A program made the translations under genes and the position numbers. The notes under the pieces were generated by a model. That model saw only the letters and a program-made list of their open reading frames with translations. It did no database searches and was not told the DNA's origin. DNA of 64,000 nt from an uncultured Prevotellaceae bacterium (GTDB lineage Bacteria; Bacteroidota; Bacteroidia; Bacteroidales; Bacteroidaceae), in contig CAMHQF010000007.1 in assembly GCA_946187445.1 (NCBI GenBank), forward strand, positions 2,581-66,580, read 5' to 3'. This document shows, piece by piece, positions 19,577 to 29,626 of this stretch. Within the stretch, counting starts at the first letter, position 1, and every line of letters begins with the position of its first letter.

Positions 19577-21025
19577 GTGAAGTACGACGTTATTATAATA
19601 GGTAGCGGACTGGGTGGCTTGGCATGCGGAGTGACGCTGAGCCGTGCAGGCAAGAGGGTGCTGGTGCTCGAAAGGCAGTGGCAGCCAGGAGGCTGTATGC
19701 AGAGCTATAAACGCCAGGGGTGCATGCTCGACACGGGTCTGCACTACGTGGGCGGACTGGATGAGGGACAGCCGCTACATGATGCCTTCAAGGAACTGGG
19801 GCTGCTCGACCTGCCTTGGCAGAGGCTCGACCCAGAGGGCTTCGACGAGATAACGATAGGAGGCAGGACGTACCGCTTCAAGGAGGGATACGAGAACTTC
19901 GTCGAAGAACTGGCGAAGCATTTCCCAGAGGAGCGCATGGGACTGGAGAAGTATGTGGAGATGCTGCAGACTACCGACGAACAGTGGTTGCAGCAGACCA
20001 ATGCATACGAATATCTAAGCTCCATCATACACAGCAAACTGCTTATCAGCATCATCAGCGGAGCAAGCCTCAAGATGGAGCTACGCAAGAAGACGCTGCC
20101 CCTCTTTACCTTTGCCCACGGCAACGGCAGCTTCATAGAGAGCAGCTGGCGACTGAGTGGCGACGGCAACATGCTGGTAAGGCGCCTCACAGACCAGATA
20201 GAGCAGTGTGGTGGCGAGATAGTATGCAGCGCCGACGTGACGGAGCTGAGGGAGGAGGATGGCAGGATAACTCAGGCGATATGCAGCGACGGCAGGGAGT
20301 TTGAGGCTGACACCTTTATCTCTGACGCCCACCCCGCCGTGACGGTAAACCTCATAAAGGAGAGCCGCATGATAAAGAAGATATTCCGCATGCGCATGAC
20401 GACGATGAAGAATACATGCGGCATGTTTACCCTGCAACTAAAACTCAAGCCAAACGCACTTAAATACTTCAACCACAATAAGTTCGTATATACCACCGAC
20501 GATGTATGGAATAATATAGCGGTAGAGCCAGACAGGCACGAGGTGAAGGGCGTGTTGGTGAGTTGCCCGACTCCTACGGAGTACGATACGCTTCGCTACG
20601 ATAACGATTATGCCAATGTACTCGACATCCTGACCCCGATGAAGTGGGAATGCGTAGAGCCTTGGGCTGACAAGACGCCAGGAAAGCGTGGTGATGACTA
20701 CGTGGAGATGAAAAACAACATAAGTCGCCAGTGCCTGGCCCTTGCCGAGCAGGTGATACCAGGGCTGACGGGCATGATAGAGAGGAGCTACACCTCCACC
20801 CCACTGACCTACTACACGTACAACAATTCGCCCTGTGGCAGCGCCTACGGACTCCGCAAGGACTACAGCAACGTGCTGGGCACGATACTCTCACCAAGGA
20901 CACCGCTGCCCAACCTCTTCCTCACAGGGCAGAGCCTCATGCTGCACGGACTGCACGGCGTGGTGATGACGGCGAGATACACTTGCAACGAGATATTGAA
21001 GACTGAAACGAATTTAACTAATTAA
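19577..21025 (+). CDS. FAD-dependent oxidoreductase, phytoene desaturase / retinol saturase family
   Basis: IIGSGLGGL, DTGLHYVG, STPLTY..Y....GSAYG and NLFLTGQ motifs. Confidence 0.88.
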   Translation: MKYDVIIIGSGLGGLACGVTLSRAGKRVLVLERQWQPGGCMQSYKRQGCMLDTGLHYVGGLDEGQPLHDAFKELGLLDLPWQRLDPEGFDEITIGGRTYRFKEGYENFVEELAKHFPEERMGLEKYVEMLQTTDEQWLQQTNAYEYLSSIIHSKLLISIISGASLKMELRKKTLPLFTFAHGNGSFIESSWRLSGDGNMLVRRLTDQIEQCGGEIVCSADVTELREEDGRITQAICSDGREFEADTFISDAHPAVTVNLIKESRMIKKIFRMRMTTMKNTCGMFTLQLKLKPNALKYFNHNKFVYTTDDVWNNIAVEPDRHEVKGVLVSCPTPTEYDTLRYDNDYANVLDILTPMKWECVEPWADKTPGKRGDDYVEMKNNISRQCLALAEQVIPGLTGMIERSYTSTPLTYYTYNNSPCGSAYGLRKDYSNVLGTILSPRTPLPNLFLTGQSLMLHGLHGVVMTARYTCNEILKTETNLTN

Positions 21026-21073
21026 AACATAATCTTAAGGAAAATTCGTGTAAAGAAAAAAAACAAAAAAGAT

Positions 21074-21664
21074 ATGAAGAAACTACTTTTTACTTTTTCA
21101 TTATTACTTGTTACTTTCTGCGCTATGGCGCAGAGCCAGGACTTCAAGAAGGCTGTGGCAAAGTATAAGAACGTGACATCACTCACAGCTACCGCTACAC
21201 GCACGGTGCACAAGACGGCATCAACCAAGGACAAGGTGGTGGCTGGCACACTGTCAGTAAAGAATGGCGGCAAGGTGGCGATAGTCAACGGCAAGGACGC
21301 CCTCATCATGAATGGCAACAATTTCACCATGAAGAAGGGACCGCTCAAGGCAAAGACCAATGCCGCTACCGACTCTCGTTACAAGACATTCCACGATGTG
21401 CTCGAGGCGATATTCAATGGCGGACAGACCGACCTCTCAAAGAACAGCGACGTGAAGATAGCAAAGTCTGGCACCAACGTGGTGCTCACCATCACCCCTT
21501 CGTCACAAAAGAAGATGATGTTCACCTCCTTCGTGGTAACCATCGACGGCAAGGCGCAGGAGATGCGTTCACTGCGACTCAACCAGAAGGGTGGCTCATA
21601 CACCGAGTACATCTTCTCTGGCTATAAGCTCGGCGCAACTGTTGACGAGAAACTCTTTAAATAA
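21074..21664 (+). CDS. LolA-like periplasmic carrier protein
   Basis: Signal peptide; size and beta-rich pattern; C-terminal EYIFS......VDEKLF resembles LolA. Confidence 0.6.
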   Translation: MKKLLFTFSLLLVTFCAMAQSQDFKKAVAKYKNVTSLTATATRTVHKTASTKDKVVAGTLSVKNGGKVAIVNGKDALIMNGNNFTMKKGPLKAKTNAATDSRYKTFHDVLEAIFNGGQTDLSKNSDVKIAKSGTNVVLTITPSSQKKMMFTSFVVTIDGKAQEMRSLRLNQKGGSYTEYIFSGYKLGATVDEKLFK

Positions 21665-22077
21665 TGGAAGACATTTGCAAGATACGGGTAAAGTTTTCGG
21701 AGATTGATGCCATGCTGTGCGTATGGCACGGCAACTACGTGAAGTACTTCGAGGACGGCAGGGAGTCGTTCAACCGTCACTACCCTGGCATAGACTACCA
21801 GACTATGCTGACGAACCACACCCCTGCCCCCATCTACGACATACAGGTGAAGTGCCTCGCCCCCCTGGGGCTCAATGACATCGCCGTCATACATACCCGC
21901 TACGTACCCAAACGTGGCGCACGCATAGACTTTGAGTACGAGATATACCGCGAGAGTGACAATGCCCTATGCTGTAAGGGCAGCACCACCCAGCTTTTTA
22001 TCGACAAAGACGGCAACCAACTCCTTGACCTGCCCGACTTCTACGAGGCGTGGCAGAGGAAGTACCTTTCTCCGTGA
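21664..22077 (+). CDS. Acyl-CoA thioesterase (hotdog fold, 4HBT/YbgC family)
   Basis: RVKFSEIDAM..VWHGNYVKYFEDGRE motif. Confidence 0.9.
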   Translation: MEDICKIRVKFSEIDAMLCVWHGNYVKYFEDGRESFNRHYPGIDYQTMLTNHTPAPIYDIQVKCLAPLGLNDIAVIHTRYVPKRGARIDFEYEIYRESDNALCCKGSTTQLFIDKDGNQLLDLPDFYEAWQRKYLSP

Positions 22078-22093
22078 GGAGAGGAAAAGGAGA

Positions 22094-22122
22094 AGCCCAG
22101 AGGCTCACGCCCCTGGGCTTTT
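22094..22122 (+). terminator. Probable intrinsic terminator
   Basis: AGCCCAG...CTGGGCT stem followed by a T run. Confidence 0.6.
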
Positions 22123-22145
22123 TGGTATTATCATAATTCTGGACT

Positions 22146-25100
22146 TTATGTCGCCGCTCTTATCACCACTCCCTCTTGCTTCATGCCGTCCATCTTGATG
22201 GTGCAGGGCTCTGGCAGGCGCACATGGCGCACGTACCGCGTCTCCTCGATAGCGGGGAGTGAGTCGAGATATGCATGATTGAGTATCTCAAGCGAGGCGT
22301 TATGGAAATTGTCAAGGTTATCGTTAACGTTAACTTTACTAATCGGGTTGCCCTCACGGTCGTGGTTGACGTCGATGGTGAAATAGCCTACGCCGAGGGA
22401 GGTGAGGTTTTGGAAGAAGTGGGTGCCCTGCGAGGGGTCAACATAGTAGGTGGGCAGTATCTCCTCTACTATGAGACGTGCAGCGGAGATATGTGGCCAC
22501 TTGACGGGTATGCCAAGCCATGAGTCGCTACTGCCCCACCTGCCTGGGCCAATGAGGATGTACCCTGCCTCGCCACATGACTTTTCCTCCTGAGAAACAT
22601 CATCTGCTGAACGTGCGTCAAGGAACCTGCGGTTGATACGCTGTATCTCATCGGCGATGGCATCATTGCATGAAGCGCTGTAGTCATCGCCCGTCTTGAC
22701 ATATACTATGTCGCGCACACCCTCTATGATGCCGTGACCGAGAGAGTTGTGGGAGCGCAGTATGCACTCCCCGTCGGGTATGGCGAGGAGGTCTTCGTTG
22801 AGCTCCTGCTTGGAATCGACGATAGGACGTATCTGCAGCAGGTAGTAGCAACCCGTCTTGTCGGGGTGTATGTTGCATGCCATCTCTATCTCAACGGGAC
22901 GGCGCATCTCCTCCTCACCAAGCCTCAACGACAGTTGCATCAGCTCGGGCAGGGGGAATACGCCCTGCTCCAGTACGCCATTCATGGAGATAATCTTTCT
23001 GCCACCCTCGTACAAGCCTGGTCGTATCACCTGATCGTAGGGATCGAAGGTGGAGGCGATATACTGCAGCGAACCATCGGCATCAGCCACCATGAGTCGA
23101 GACTCTGCCACGCCCAAGTGATTCACCTGCGGATCATCTCTTCGAGTCCCGTTATTTATAGCATAGAAACTTGTCTGCGTCTGTCGCAGTGCTATCTCCA
23201 TCTCGGACATCTGCATGACCTGTGCAGGGTGGTATGGTGAGACTCGAAGGGTCTGTCCTCCATCCACGATGTACCTACCCAGTCCGAGTGCGAGAGAGGC
23301 GATGCCCTCCTCGGGCTTCTCATCACCCACAGGATAGTAGTTGAGCGAGCGCAACACTCCTGATATATTGGGATAGTAATGGTCGCCATACTGTTGTCCC
23401 ACCACCTCCTGTATGATGACTGCCATCTTCTCCTGGTCGATGACATTCTGGGTAGCCGTCATATATGCCTTGGAGTCACGATAATATACCGATGCATACA
23501 CGCCCTTGACAGCCTCCGCAAGGTCGGCAAGCATTTTCTTGCGATCGTCGGAGTATGATATCATATAGGTGCTGTATATACCAGCGAAGGGTTGGTAGTG
23601 GCTGTCCTCAAGCAAGGATGACGAGCGTACGGCGAGAGGCTTCTGCGTAGCATCGATGATGGTGCTGAAGTCATCGAGCAGTGATGCTGGCAACTGAGCA
23701 TGGAGAAATGCCTCAAGTATCTGCTCATCTGGTGCATCGCTGAGGGCTACCTCCCACAAGTGGTTGTTGTCCATAAACTGATCGAAGAGGTCAGTACACA
23801 GCACCACCGTCTTGGGGATATACACCTTGGCGTTAGGAAACTGATGGAACTCCTTATGGCGCTTTATGATATTGTCGAGAAAGGCGAGTCCCCTACCCTT
23901 GCCGCCCAATGAACCATCGCCAATGCGTGCGAAATGCGAATAGCTGTCGAAGCGATCCTTATTGAATACTGCTACGACACCGAAATTTTTCATGTGACGG
24001 TATGCCACGATAGCATCAAAGATGATCTGACGGTGCTTCTCCACATCCTGCAGTTTGTGCCACGTAATATGCTTAAGAAACTCGGATACGGGGAATATGG
24101 CACGTGCTGCCAACCAGCGCGACATGTGGTTGCGGCTGATATGGTAGTGCATGGAGTTATCTGGTATCTTGAAGATGTTGTCCTGAAGTTCCTTGAGGTT
24201 GCGTACTCGGCATATCACCTCACGGGTGACAGGGTCGCGAAAGAGGAAATCTCCAAAGCCGAAATGCTCGGCAATGGTATCACGCAGGTCAACGTCAAAC
24301 TTCTTGGAGTTTTTGTCGAGTATGCGTATGCCCTGAGTTTTTGAGGTAACATCGGGCTCTGACGTCTGTAGTATCAGTGGCAGATACTCGTCTGCCTCCC
24401 TGATATCATGAAGCAGTTTGAGTCCTGCCTTGGCATCCTCCTTGCCATCTTTGTCAAAACGGCTGTCGGAGATTACTCCGAGCATATTGTCTTGATACTT
24501 CTCATAAAGTTTCCATGCCTCCTCGTAGTTACGAGCGAGGAGCACCTTAGGGCGTCCGCGCATACGAAGCATCTCTGCCTGCGAGTTGAGTGCCTCGGTG
24601 GCAAAGTTAAGACTCTGCGTAAGGATGTACTTATACAGGTGTGGAAGTATTGACGAATAGAAGCGTATAGAGTTTTCGACCAGCAAGACGCACTTCACTC
24701 CTGCCTCACGCACATCGTTGTCGATGTTCATGCGGTCCTCTATAAGTTTTATAATGGAAAGTATCAGTTCGGTATTGCCCAACCAGCAGAAGATATAGTC
24801 GAAGATGCTGAGGTCGAGGTTCTGCATGCGACGGCTGATGCCATGTGAGAATGGCGTGAGCACCACGCACGGTGTGAGCGGCGACATCTGCTTTACGGCA
24901 TATGCCACGTCAAAGGCATCGTTATCAACGTTGCCTGGCATACATATCACAAGGTCATACTGAGTGACGGAGAGGGCTTCATCAGCCTCTTCTATCGTCG
25001 ATACCTGAGTGAATGAGGGCGGGTAGCGCAGTCCCAACTGCATGTACTCTGAGAAAATCTTCTCATCCACACGACCGTCATCTTCGAGCATAAAGGCATC

Positions 25101-25187
25101 ATACGGGTTGGCTATTATCAACACGTTGAAGATGCGACGCTGCATCAGGTTGAGAAACGTTGTGTCTTTAAGGTTAAGTTCTGACAT
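22146..25187 (-). CDS. PEP-synthase/PPDK nucleotide-binding domain protein with N-terminal receiver-like domains
   Basis: GGKGRGL, PLAVRSSSLLED..QPFAG, MAVIIQE and LLQIRP motifs; CheY-like segments VLLVEN and VISD. No PEP-binding TIM barrel is evident. Confidence 0.8.
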   Translation of the reverse strand: MSELNLKDTTFLNLMQRRIFNVLIIANPYDAFMLEDDGRVDEKIFSEYMQLGLRYPPSFTQVSTIEEADEALSVTQYDLVICMPGNVDNDAFDVAYAVKQMSPLTPCVVLTPFSHGISRRMQNLDLSIFDYIFCWLGNTELILSIIKLIEDRMNIDNDVREAGVKCVLLVENSIRFYSSILPHLYKYILTQSLNFATEALNSQAEMLRMRGRPKVLLARNYEEAWKLYEKYQDNMLGVISDSRFDKDGKEDAKAGLKLLHDIREADEYLPLILQTSEPDVTSKTQGIRILDKNSKKFDVDLRDTIAEHFGFGDFLFRDPVTREVICRVRNLKELQDNIFKIPDNSMHYHISRNHMSRWLAARAIFPVSEFLKHITWHKLQDVEKHRQIIFDAIVAYRHMKNFGVVAVFNKDRFDSYSHFARIGDGSLGGKGRGLAFLDNIIKRHKEFHQFPNAKVYIPKTVVLCTDLFDQFMDNNHLWEVALSDAPDEQILEAFLHAQLPASLLDDFSTIIDATQKPLAVRSSSLLEDSHYQPFAGIYSTYMISYSDDRKKMLADLAEAVKGVYASVYYRDSKAYMTATQNVIDQEKMAVIIQEVVGQQYGDHYYPNISGVLRSLNYYPVGDEKPEEGIASLALGLGRYIVDGGQTLRVSPYHPAQVMQMSEMEIALRQTQTSFYAINNGTRRDDPQVNHLGVAESRLMVADADGSLQYIASTFDPYDQVIRPGLYEGGRKIISMNGVLEQGVFPLPELMQLSLRLGEEEMRRPVEIEMACNIHPDKTGCYYLLQIRPIVDSKQELNEDLLAIPDGECILRSHNSLGHGIIEGVRDIVYVKTGDDYSASCNDAIADEIQRINRRFLDARSADDVSQEEKSCGEAGYILIGPGRWGSSDSWLGIPVKWPHISAARLIVEEILPTYYVDPSQGTHFFQNLTSLGVGYFTIDVNHDREGNPISKVNVNDNLDNFHNASLEILNHAYLDSLPAIEETRYVRHVRLPEPCTIKMDGMKQEGVVIRAAT

Positions 25188-25270
25188 TCTATATAAAAAG
25201 ACAAAAGAGGTGCTGAGATTGTTATCCCAACACCTCCTTTTTATTTAATGCTTTCTTATTGTCGTATTTA

Positions 25271-26605
25271 TTATACGATACCCTGTGCCATCATTGCCTT
25301 AGCGACCTTGATGAAGCCAGCAACGTTAGCACCCTTGACGTAGTTGATGTAACCGTCAGGCTCTGTACCATACTTCACGCAGTTAGCGTGGATATCGTCC
25401 ATGATGCGGTGCAGGTAGTTGTCAACCTCCTCTGAAGTCCAACGCAGACGCTCTGAGTTCTGTGACATCTCAAGACCTGATACTGATACACCACCAGCGT
25501 TGGCAGCCTTACCAGGAGAGTAGAGTATCTTAGCGTCCTGGAACACCTTGATAGCCTCAGGAGTGGTAGGCATGTTAGCACCCTCAGAAACTGCGAATAC
25601 GCCGTTTGCTACGAGAGTCTTAGCTGCCTCCTCGTTGATCTCGTTCTGTGTAGCTGATGGAAGAGCTATGTCAGCCTTCTCGCCCCATGGCTTAGCACCC
25701 TCTACATACTTACAACCGTACTTTTCAGCATACTCCTTGATACGACCGCGCTGTACGTTCTTAAGCTCCATTACGTAGTCGAGCTTCTCACGTGTGATGC
25801 CGTCTGGATCATAGATGTAACCATCAGAGTCAGAGAGAGTAACAGGCTTAGCACCAAGCTGGATAAGCTTCTCTGTGGTATACTGAGCTACGTTACCAGA
25901 ACCTGATACGAGGACAGTCTTGCCCTTGATGTCGATGTTACGAGTCTTGAGCATGTTCAGGAGGAAGTAAACATTACCGTAACCTGTAGCTTCAGGACGG
26001 ATGAGTGAACCACCAAACTCGAGGCCCTTACCTGTGAGCATACCTGTGAACTGGTGTGTGAGCTTCTTGTACATACCGAACATGTAACCTACCTCACGGC
26101 CACCTACGCCGATATCACCTGCTGGAACGTCCTCGTCAGCACCTACGTGACGATAGAGCTCAGTCATGAATGCCTGGCAGAAACGCATAACCTCTGCGTC
26201 AGACTTACCACGTGGAGAGAAGTCAGAACCACCCTTTGCGCCACCCATTGGGAGAGTTGTCAGAGAGTTCTTGAAAGTCTGCTCGAAAGCAAGGAACTTC
26301 AGGATACCGAGGTTTACAGAACGGTGGAAACGGATACCGCCTTTGTAAGGACCAATCACATTGTTGTGCTGGATACGGTAACCCATGTTGGTCTGTACGT
26401 TGCCCTTGTCGTCAACCCATGAAACGCGGAACTCGATAACGCGATCTGGAATACAGAGACGCTCGATGAGGTTAGCGCGGTCAAACTCTGGGTGCTTGTT
26501 GTACTCTTCCTCAATTGTAGGAAGAACCTGTGATACAGCCTGGATGTACTCTGGCTCGTTAGGGAATCTCTGCTTAAGATTCTCAATCACTTTCTGTGCA
26601 TTCAT
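25271..26605 (-). CDS. gdhA: Glutamate dehydrogenase
   Basis: GPYKGGIRFH, GGAKGG, DVPAGDIG, EATGYG and GSGNVA motifs. Confidence 0.98.
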   Translation of the reverse strand: MNAQKVIENLKQRFPNEPEYIQAVSQVLPTIEEEYNKHPEFDRANLIERLCIPDRVIEFRVSWVDDKGNVQTNMGYRIQHNNVIGPYKGGIRFHRSVNLGILKFLAFEQTFKNSLTTLPMGGAKGGSDFSPRGKSDAEVMRFCQAFMTELYRHVGADEDVPAGDIGVGGREVGYMFGMYKKLTHQFTGMLTGKGLEFGGSLIRPEATGYGNVYFLLNMLKTRNIDIKGKTVLVSGSGNVAQYTTEKLIQLGAKPVTLSDSDGYIYDPDGITREKLDYVMELKNVQRGRIKEYAEKYGCKYVEGAKPWGEKADIALPSATQNEINEEAAKTLVANGVFAVSEGANMPTTPEAIKVFQDAKILYSPGKAANAGGVSVSGLEMSQNSERLRWTSEEVDNYLHRIMDDIHANCVKYGTEPDGYINYVKGANVAGFIKVAKAMMAQGIV

Positions 26606-26849
26606 TTTCTTTTTTCTTTTTTTTTGGTTGTTGTTATAATGAAATATATCCTCTTACCTTATTATATATAGGCGTTTTTATCAAAAAGATACTTATTTCC
26701 TCTTTGCGAGTGCAAAGTTACAAATAATTATTGTAACTCAATAACATTTTGCCGTTTTTTTTCAAAAAAAAATGCACTTTTTATGTTTTTTACCTCATTT
26801 GCTTAACAAAGTATCAATTTTTCACCTTAAAATTGACAAAGTGTAAGCA

Positions 26850-27752
26850 TCAACAATCGATAGTCTGACCGTCGTAAGCAAACTCAAATCCCTCTGGCAG
26901 TTGGGAGTTTGCCCACTCATGGGTTCCGATATCGTGTGTGAGATGTATGAAGTATGTTTTTCTGGCACCTATCTTACGTGCAAAGTTTATGGCATCGTCC
27001 ACAAGTTGATGGCTGTGGTGCTCTATCTCAAAGCGCAGGGCATTGACCACCAGTGTCTCCACGCCATCAAGCAGTGGGAGACTGGTATCGGGTATCGCCT
27101 TCATATCAGTGATATATGCCATCGTGCCGATACGATATCCGAGTATGGGCAGCGTGCCGTGCATTACCGCCAATGGAGTTATCTCAAGTTCGTCGGTAGC
27201 AGCTGGCACGAGCCTCTTGGTACGATAGTGTGACATCACACCATCAAGTGTCGAACCGCCCACAAAGGCATCGACGGTCTCCTCATAGGGACGGCGTATC
27301 ACAAATGGGGTGCCAGAGCGTACGGGACGCAGTTTCAAGTGGGGCACTCCAGGGTACAGAACCTCCTTGAAACAGTATGGCATGGTCTGATGCAGTCCAT
27401 CGATGACATCACGTTGAGCATACACATCGACATCGCCAAACCAAGCGAATGGTCTCAGGTCATCGGCACCTCCGACATGGTCGTAGTGTATGTGGGTCAG
27501 CAGTACGGCATCTATCTTGTCAAAAAACACCCTGTCATCACTCGGTGCAGCATAGGGCGAGCGGTAACGTATAATCTGCTGGCGAAAGTCCGGCCCACAG
27601 TCTATGAGCACTCTCAGCCCACCCTCCGTCTCTATCATGGCAGAAGAGCGCAAGCGCTTGTCCCTCGCATCAGTACTGCGACATACCTCGCAGTTGCAAC
27701 CTATGGCGGGTACTCCTATCGATGTGCCTGTTCCGAGAAATGTCAGTTTCAT
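26850..27752 (-). CDS. MBL-fold metallo-hydrolase (PhnP-like)
   Basis: LGTGTSIGVP.IGC.C.VC, THIHYDH and AYDG motifs. Confidence 0.9.
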   Translation of the reverse strand: MKLTFLGTGTSIGVPAIGCNCEVCRSTDARDKRLRSSAMIETEGGLRVLIDCGPDFRQQIIRYRSPYAAPSDDRVFFDKIDAVLLTHIHYDHVGGADDLRPFAWFGDVDVYAQRDVIDGLHQTMPYCFKEVLYPGVPHLKLRPVRSGTPFVIRRPYEETVDAFVGGSTLDGVMSHYRTKRLVPAATDELEITPLAVMHGTLPILGYRIGTMAYITDMKAIPDTSLPLLDGVETLVVNALRFEIEHHSHQLVDDAINFARKIGARKTYFIHLTHDIGTHEWANSQLPEGFEFAYDGQTIDC

Positions 27753-28762
27753 ATAATGTTGACCTCTGGTTGTATCATTATGCCAAACTTATTGAACACA
27801 TCAACCCTGATGGCATTGCACAAGTCAACAACCTCCTTGCCCGTGGCACCACCTCTGTTGACCAGCACGAGGGCTTGTTTCTCATACACCCCTGCCCTGC
27901 CGAGGCTTTTGCCTTTCCATCCACATTGTTCTATCATCCAGCCTGCAGGTATCTTCACCTTTGTCTCGTCAGTAGTCATGTAGTGTGGCATATCGGGATA
28001 TTGTTGTGCCAGCCTCTCGTACACCTCAACATCCACTACGGGATTCATGAAAAAGCTGCCCCCATTGCCCATCACCTTGGGATCGGGCAGTTTGGCATTG
28101 CGTATTTCTATGATGATATCCCTCACCTGCTGTGCCGTCACCTTATCCTCTTTGATACCCCTCTTATCCAGTTCGGCACGTATATTGCCATAGCCAAGAC
28201 GTGGGAAGAACATCTTTGACAGTGAATAAGTTACGGCGCAGATAAGGTATTTGTTTTTCCATTCATGTTTGAAACGACTGTCACGGTAGCCATACTTACA
28301 ATCTGTCACTGGTATGGTGCATATCTTTCCCGTATCTATCTCTACGGCATGTATCTCTTCCAGAAATGTCTGTGCATCTATACCATATGCCCCGATATTC
28401 TGCACTGCACTCGCTCCCACATCGCCTGGTATCAACGAGAGGTTCTCCAAGCCATACAGCTCATGTTGCAGACTCCGTGCCACCGCATCGTCCCACACCT
28501 CGCCTGAGCCACACATCATCTTGTTGCCGTCAAAACTTATCCCTTTCAGGGCTGAGCGTACAACGATGCCATCATAATCCTGTGTCAGCAACAGATTGCT
28601 GCCACCACCGATTATGATATACGGCTGTCCTGCCTCATGCAATATCTCTGCCACCTGCTGTGCTTCCTCTATGGTACCATACTCCAGGTAACGGCTACAC
28701 TTAGCATCTATGGCAAATGTGTTGTGCTTCAGCAAGCTATACTCTCTGACATCCTTCAACAT
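27749..28762 (-). CDS. murB: UDP-N-acetylenolpyruvoylglucosamine reductase
   Basis: GGGSNLL, IPGDVGA..QNIGAYG, YRDS, GSFFMNP and PEV motifs. Confidence 0.97.
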   Translation of the reverse strand: MLKDVREYSLLKHNTFAIDAKCSRYLEYGTIEEAQQVAEILHEAGQPYIIIGGGSNLLLTQDYDGIVVRSALKGISFDGNKMMCGSGEVWDDAVARSLQHELYGLENLSLIPGDVGASAVQNIGAYGIDAQTFLEEIHAVEIDTGKICTIPVTDCKYGYRDSRFKHEWKNKYLICAVTYSLSKMFFPRLGYGNIRAELDKRGIKEDKVTAQQVRDIIIEIRNAKLPDPKVMGNGGSFFMNPVVDVEVYERLAQQYPDMPHYMTTDETKVKIPAGWMIEQCGWKGKSLGRAGVYEKQALVLVNRGGATGKEVVDLCNAIRVDVFNKFGIMIQPEVNII

Positions 28763-28778
28763 ATGGTTAATGCATTTT

Positions 28779-29624
28779 TTATGTTTCCACTTTCTTCAGT
28801 CTCCACTTACCCCCTTGCCTTACAAACATCATGTCGGTCTGCAAGCCGTTGGCGATACCTCTCACGAGAAAATATCGCACGTTCGATGCAACATGGGCTG
28901 TCTGCTTGCCATATACTATATTATATATGGTGCCTGACGGCATCCAAGGTGCAAACATAGGCCACTGCTCAGGCATTATCTCGCCTGTCATAGTCGAGAA
29001 GTCATCCTCTGGGTCAGGACCCGTAAAAGTGACATACTCCGTGAGTGATGACTGCTGAAACTGTTGGTCGGTAGCAAATCTGTTGTAAAACATAAGGAAG
29101 GCAGCATCAGGATGCTGTTTCAGCGGTATCACGCTGATACTGCATAGCTTCCACAGTCCTCTGACTCTCTCAAAATGCCACTGTGTCACCTTACCCTTTG
29201 CCGTGGAAACTCTCTCCACCGTCGCCTCGTTGACCGTGGTGTCCTTCATGATGCTAAGTTGCTTCTTGTTGTCAAATATCAACGTGTAGTAACCTTGCTT
29301 CATAAAGTAATGCTCCACCTGCCATTTATCCTTGCTGATGACGCTGCTCTTGCCATTCTCCATCTTTGTGAGGGGAAATACTATGCGGCTCAACTGCACC
29401 TTACGGCTTCCTGCAAAGTTAAAGAAGAAGTCGTCAAACAGTTCATCGGCAGCACTCGGCATAGGTGTACTATCTACCACCTTTGATATAGAGTCAACAG
29501 TATCGGCCAACAGGGTATCGGCCATCAGCGAGTCGCTACCTCCACTATTCTTCTCCGTACATCCTGTGGAGAACAGCACTGTCATAACTATGACAGCCAT
29601 AAATATTAGAATGCCTTTTCTCAT
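28779..29624 (-). CDS. Lipoprotein, DUF4348-like
   Basis: Lipobox STGC; two FDDF/FYNRF...Q repeats. Start set at ATG 29624. Confidence 0.65.
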   Translation of the reverse strand: MRKGILIFMAVIVMTVLFSTGCTEKNSGGSDSLMADTLLADTVDSISKVVDSTPMPSAADELFDDFFFNFAGSRKVQLSRIVFPLTKMENGKSSVISKDKWQVEHYFMKQGYYTLIFDNKKQLSIMKDTTVNEATVERVSTAKGKVTQWHFERVRGLWKLCSISVIPLKQHPDAAFLMFYNRFATDQQFQQSSLTEYVTFTGPDPEDDFSTMTGEIMPEQWPMFAPWMPSGTIYNIVYGKQTAHVASNVRYFLVRGIANGLQTDMMFVRQGGKWRLKKVET

Positions 29625-29626
29625 TA

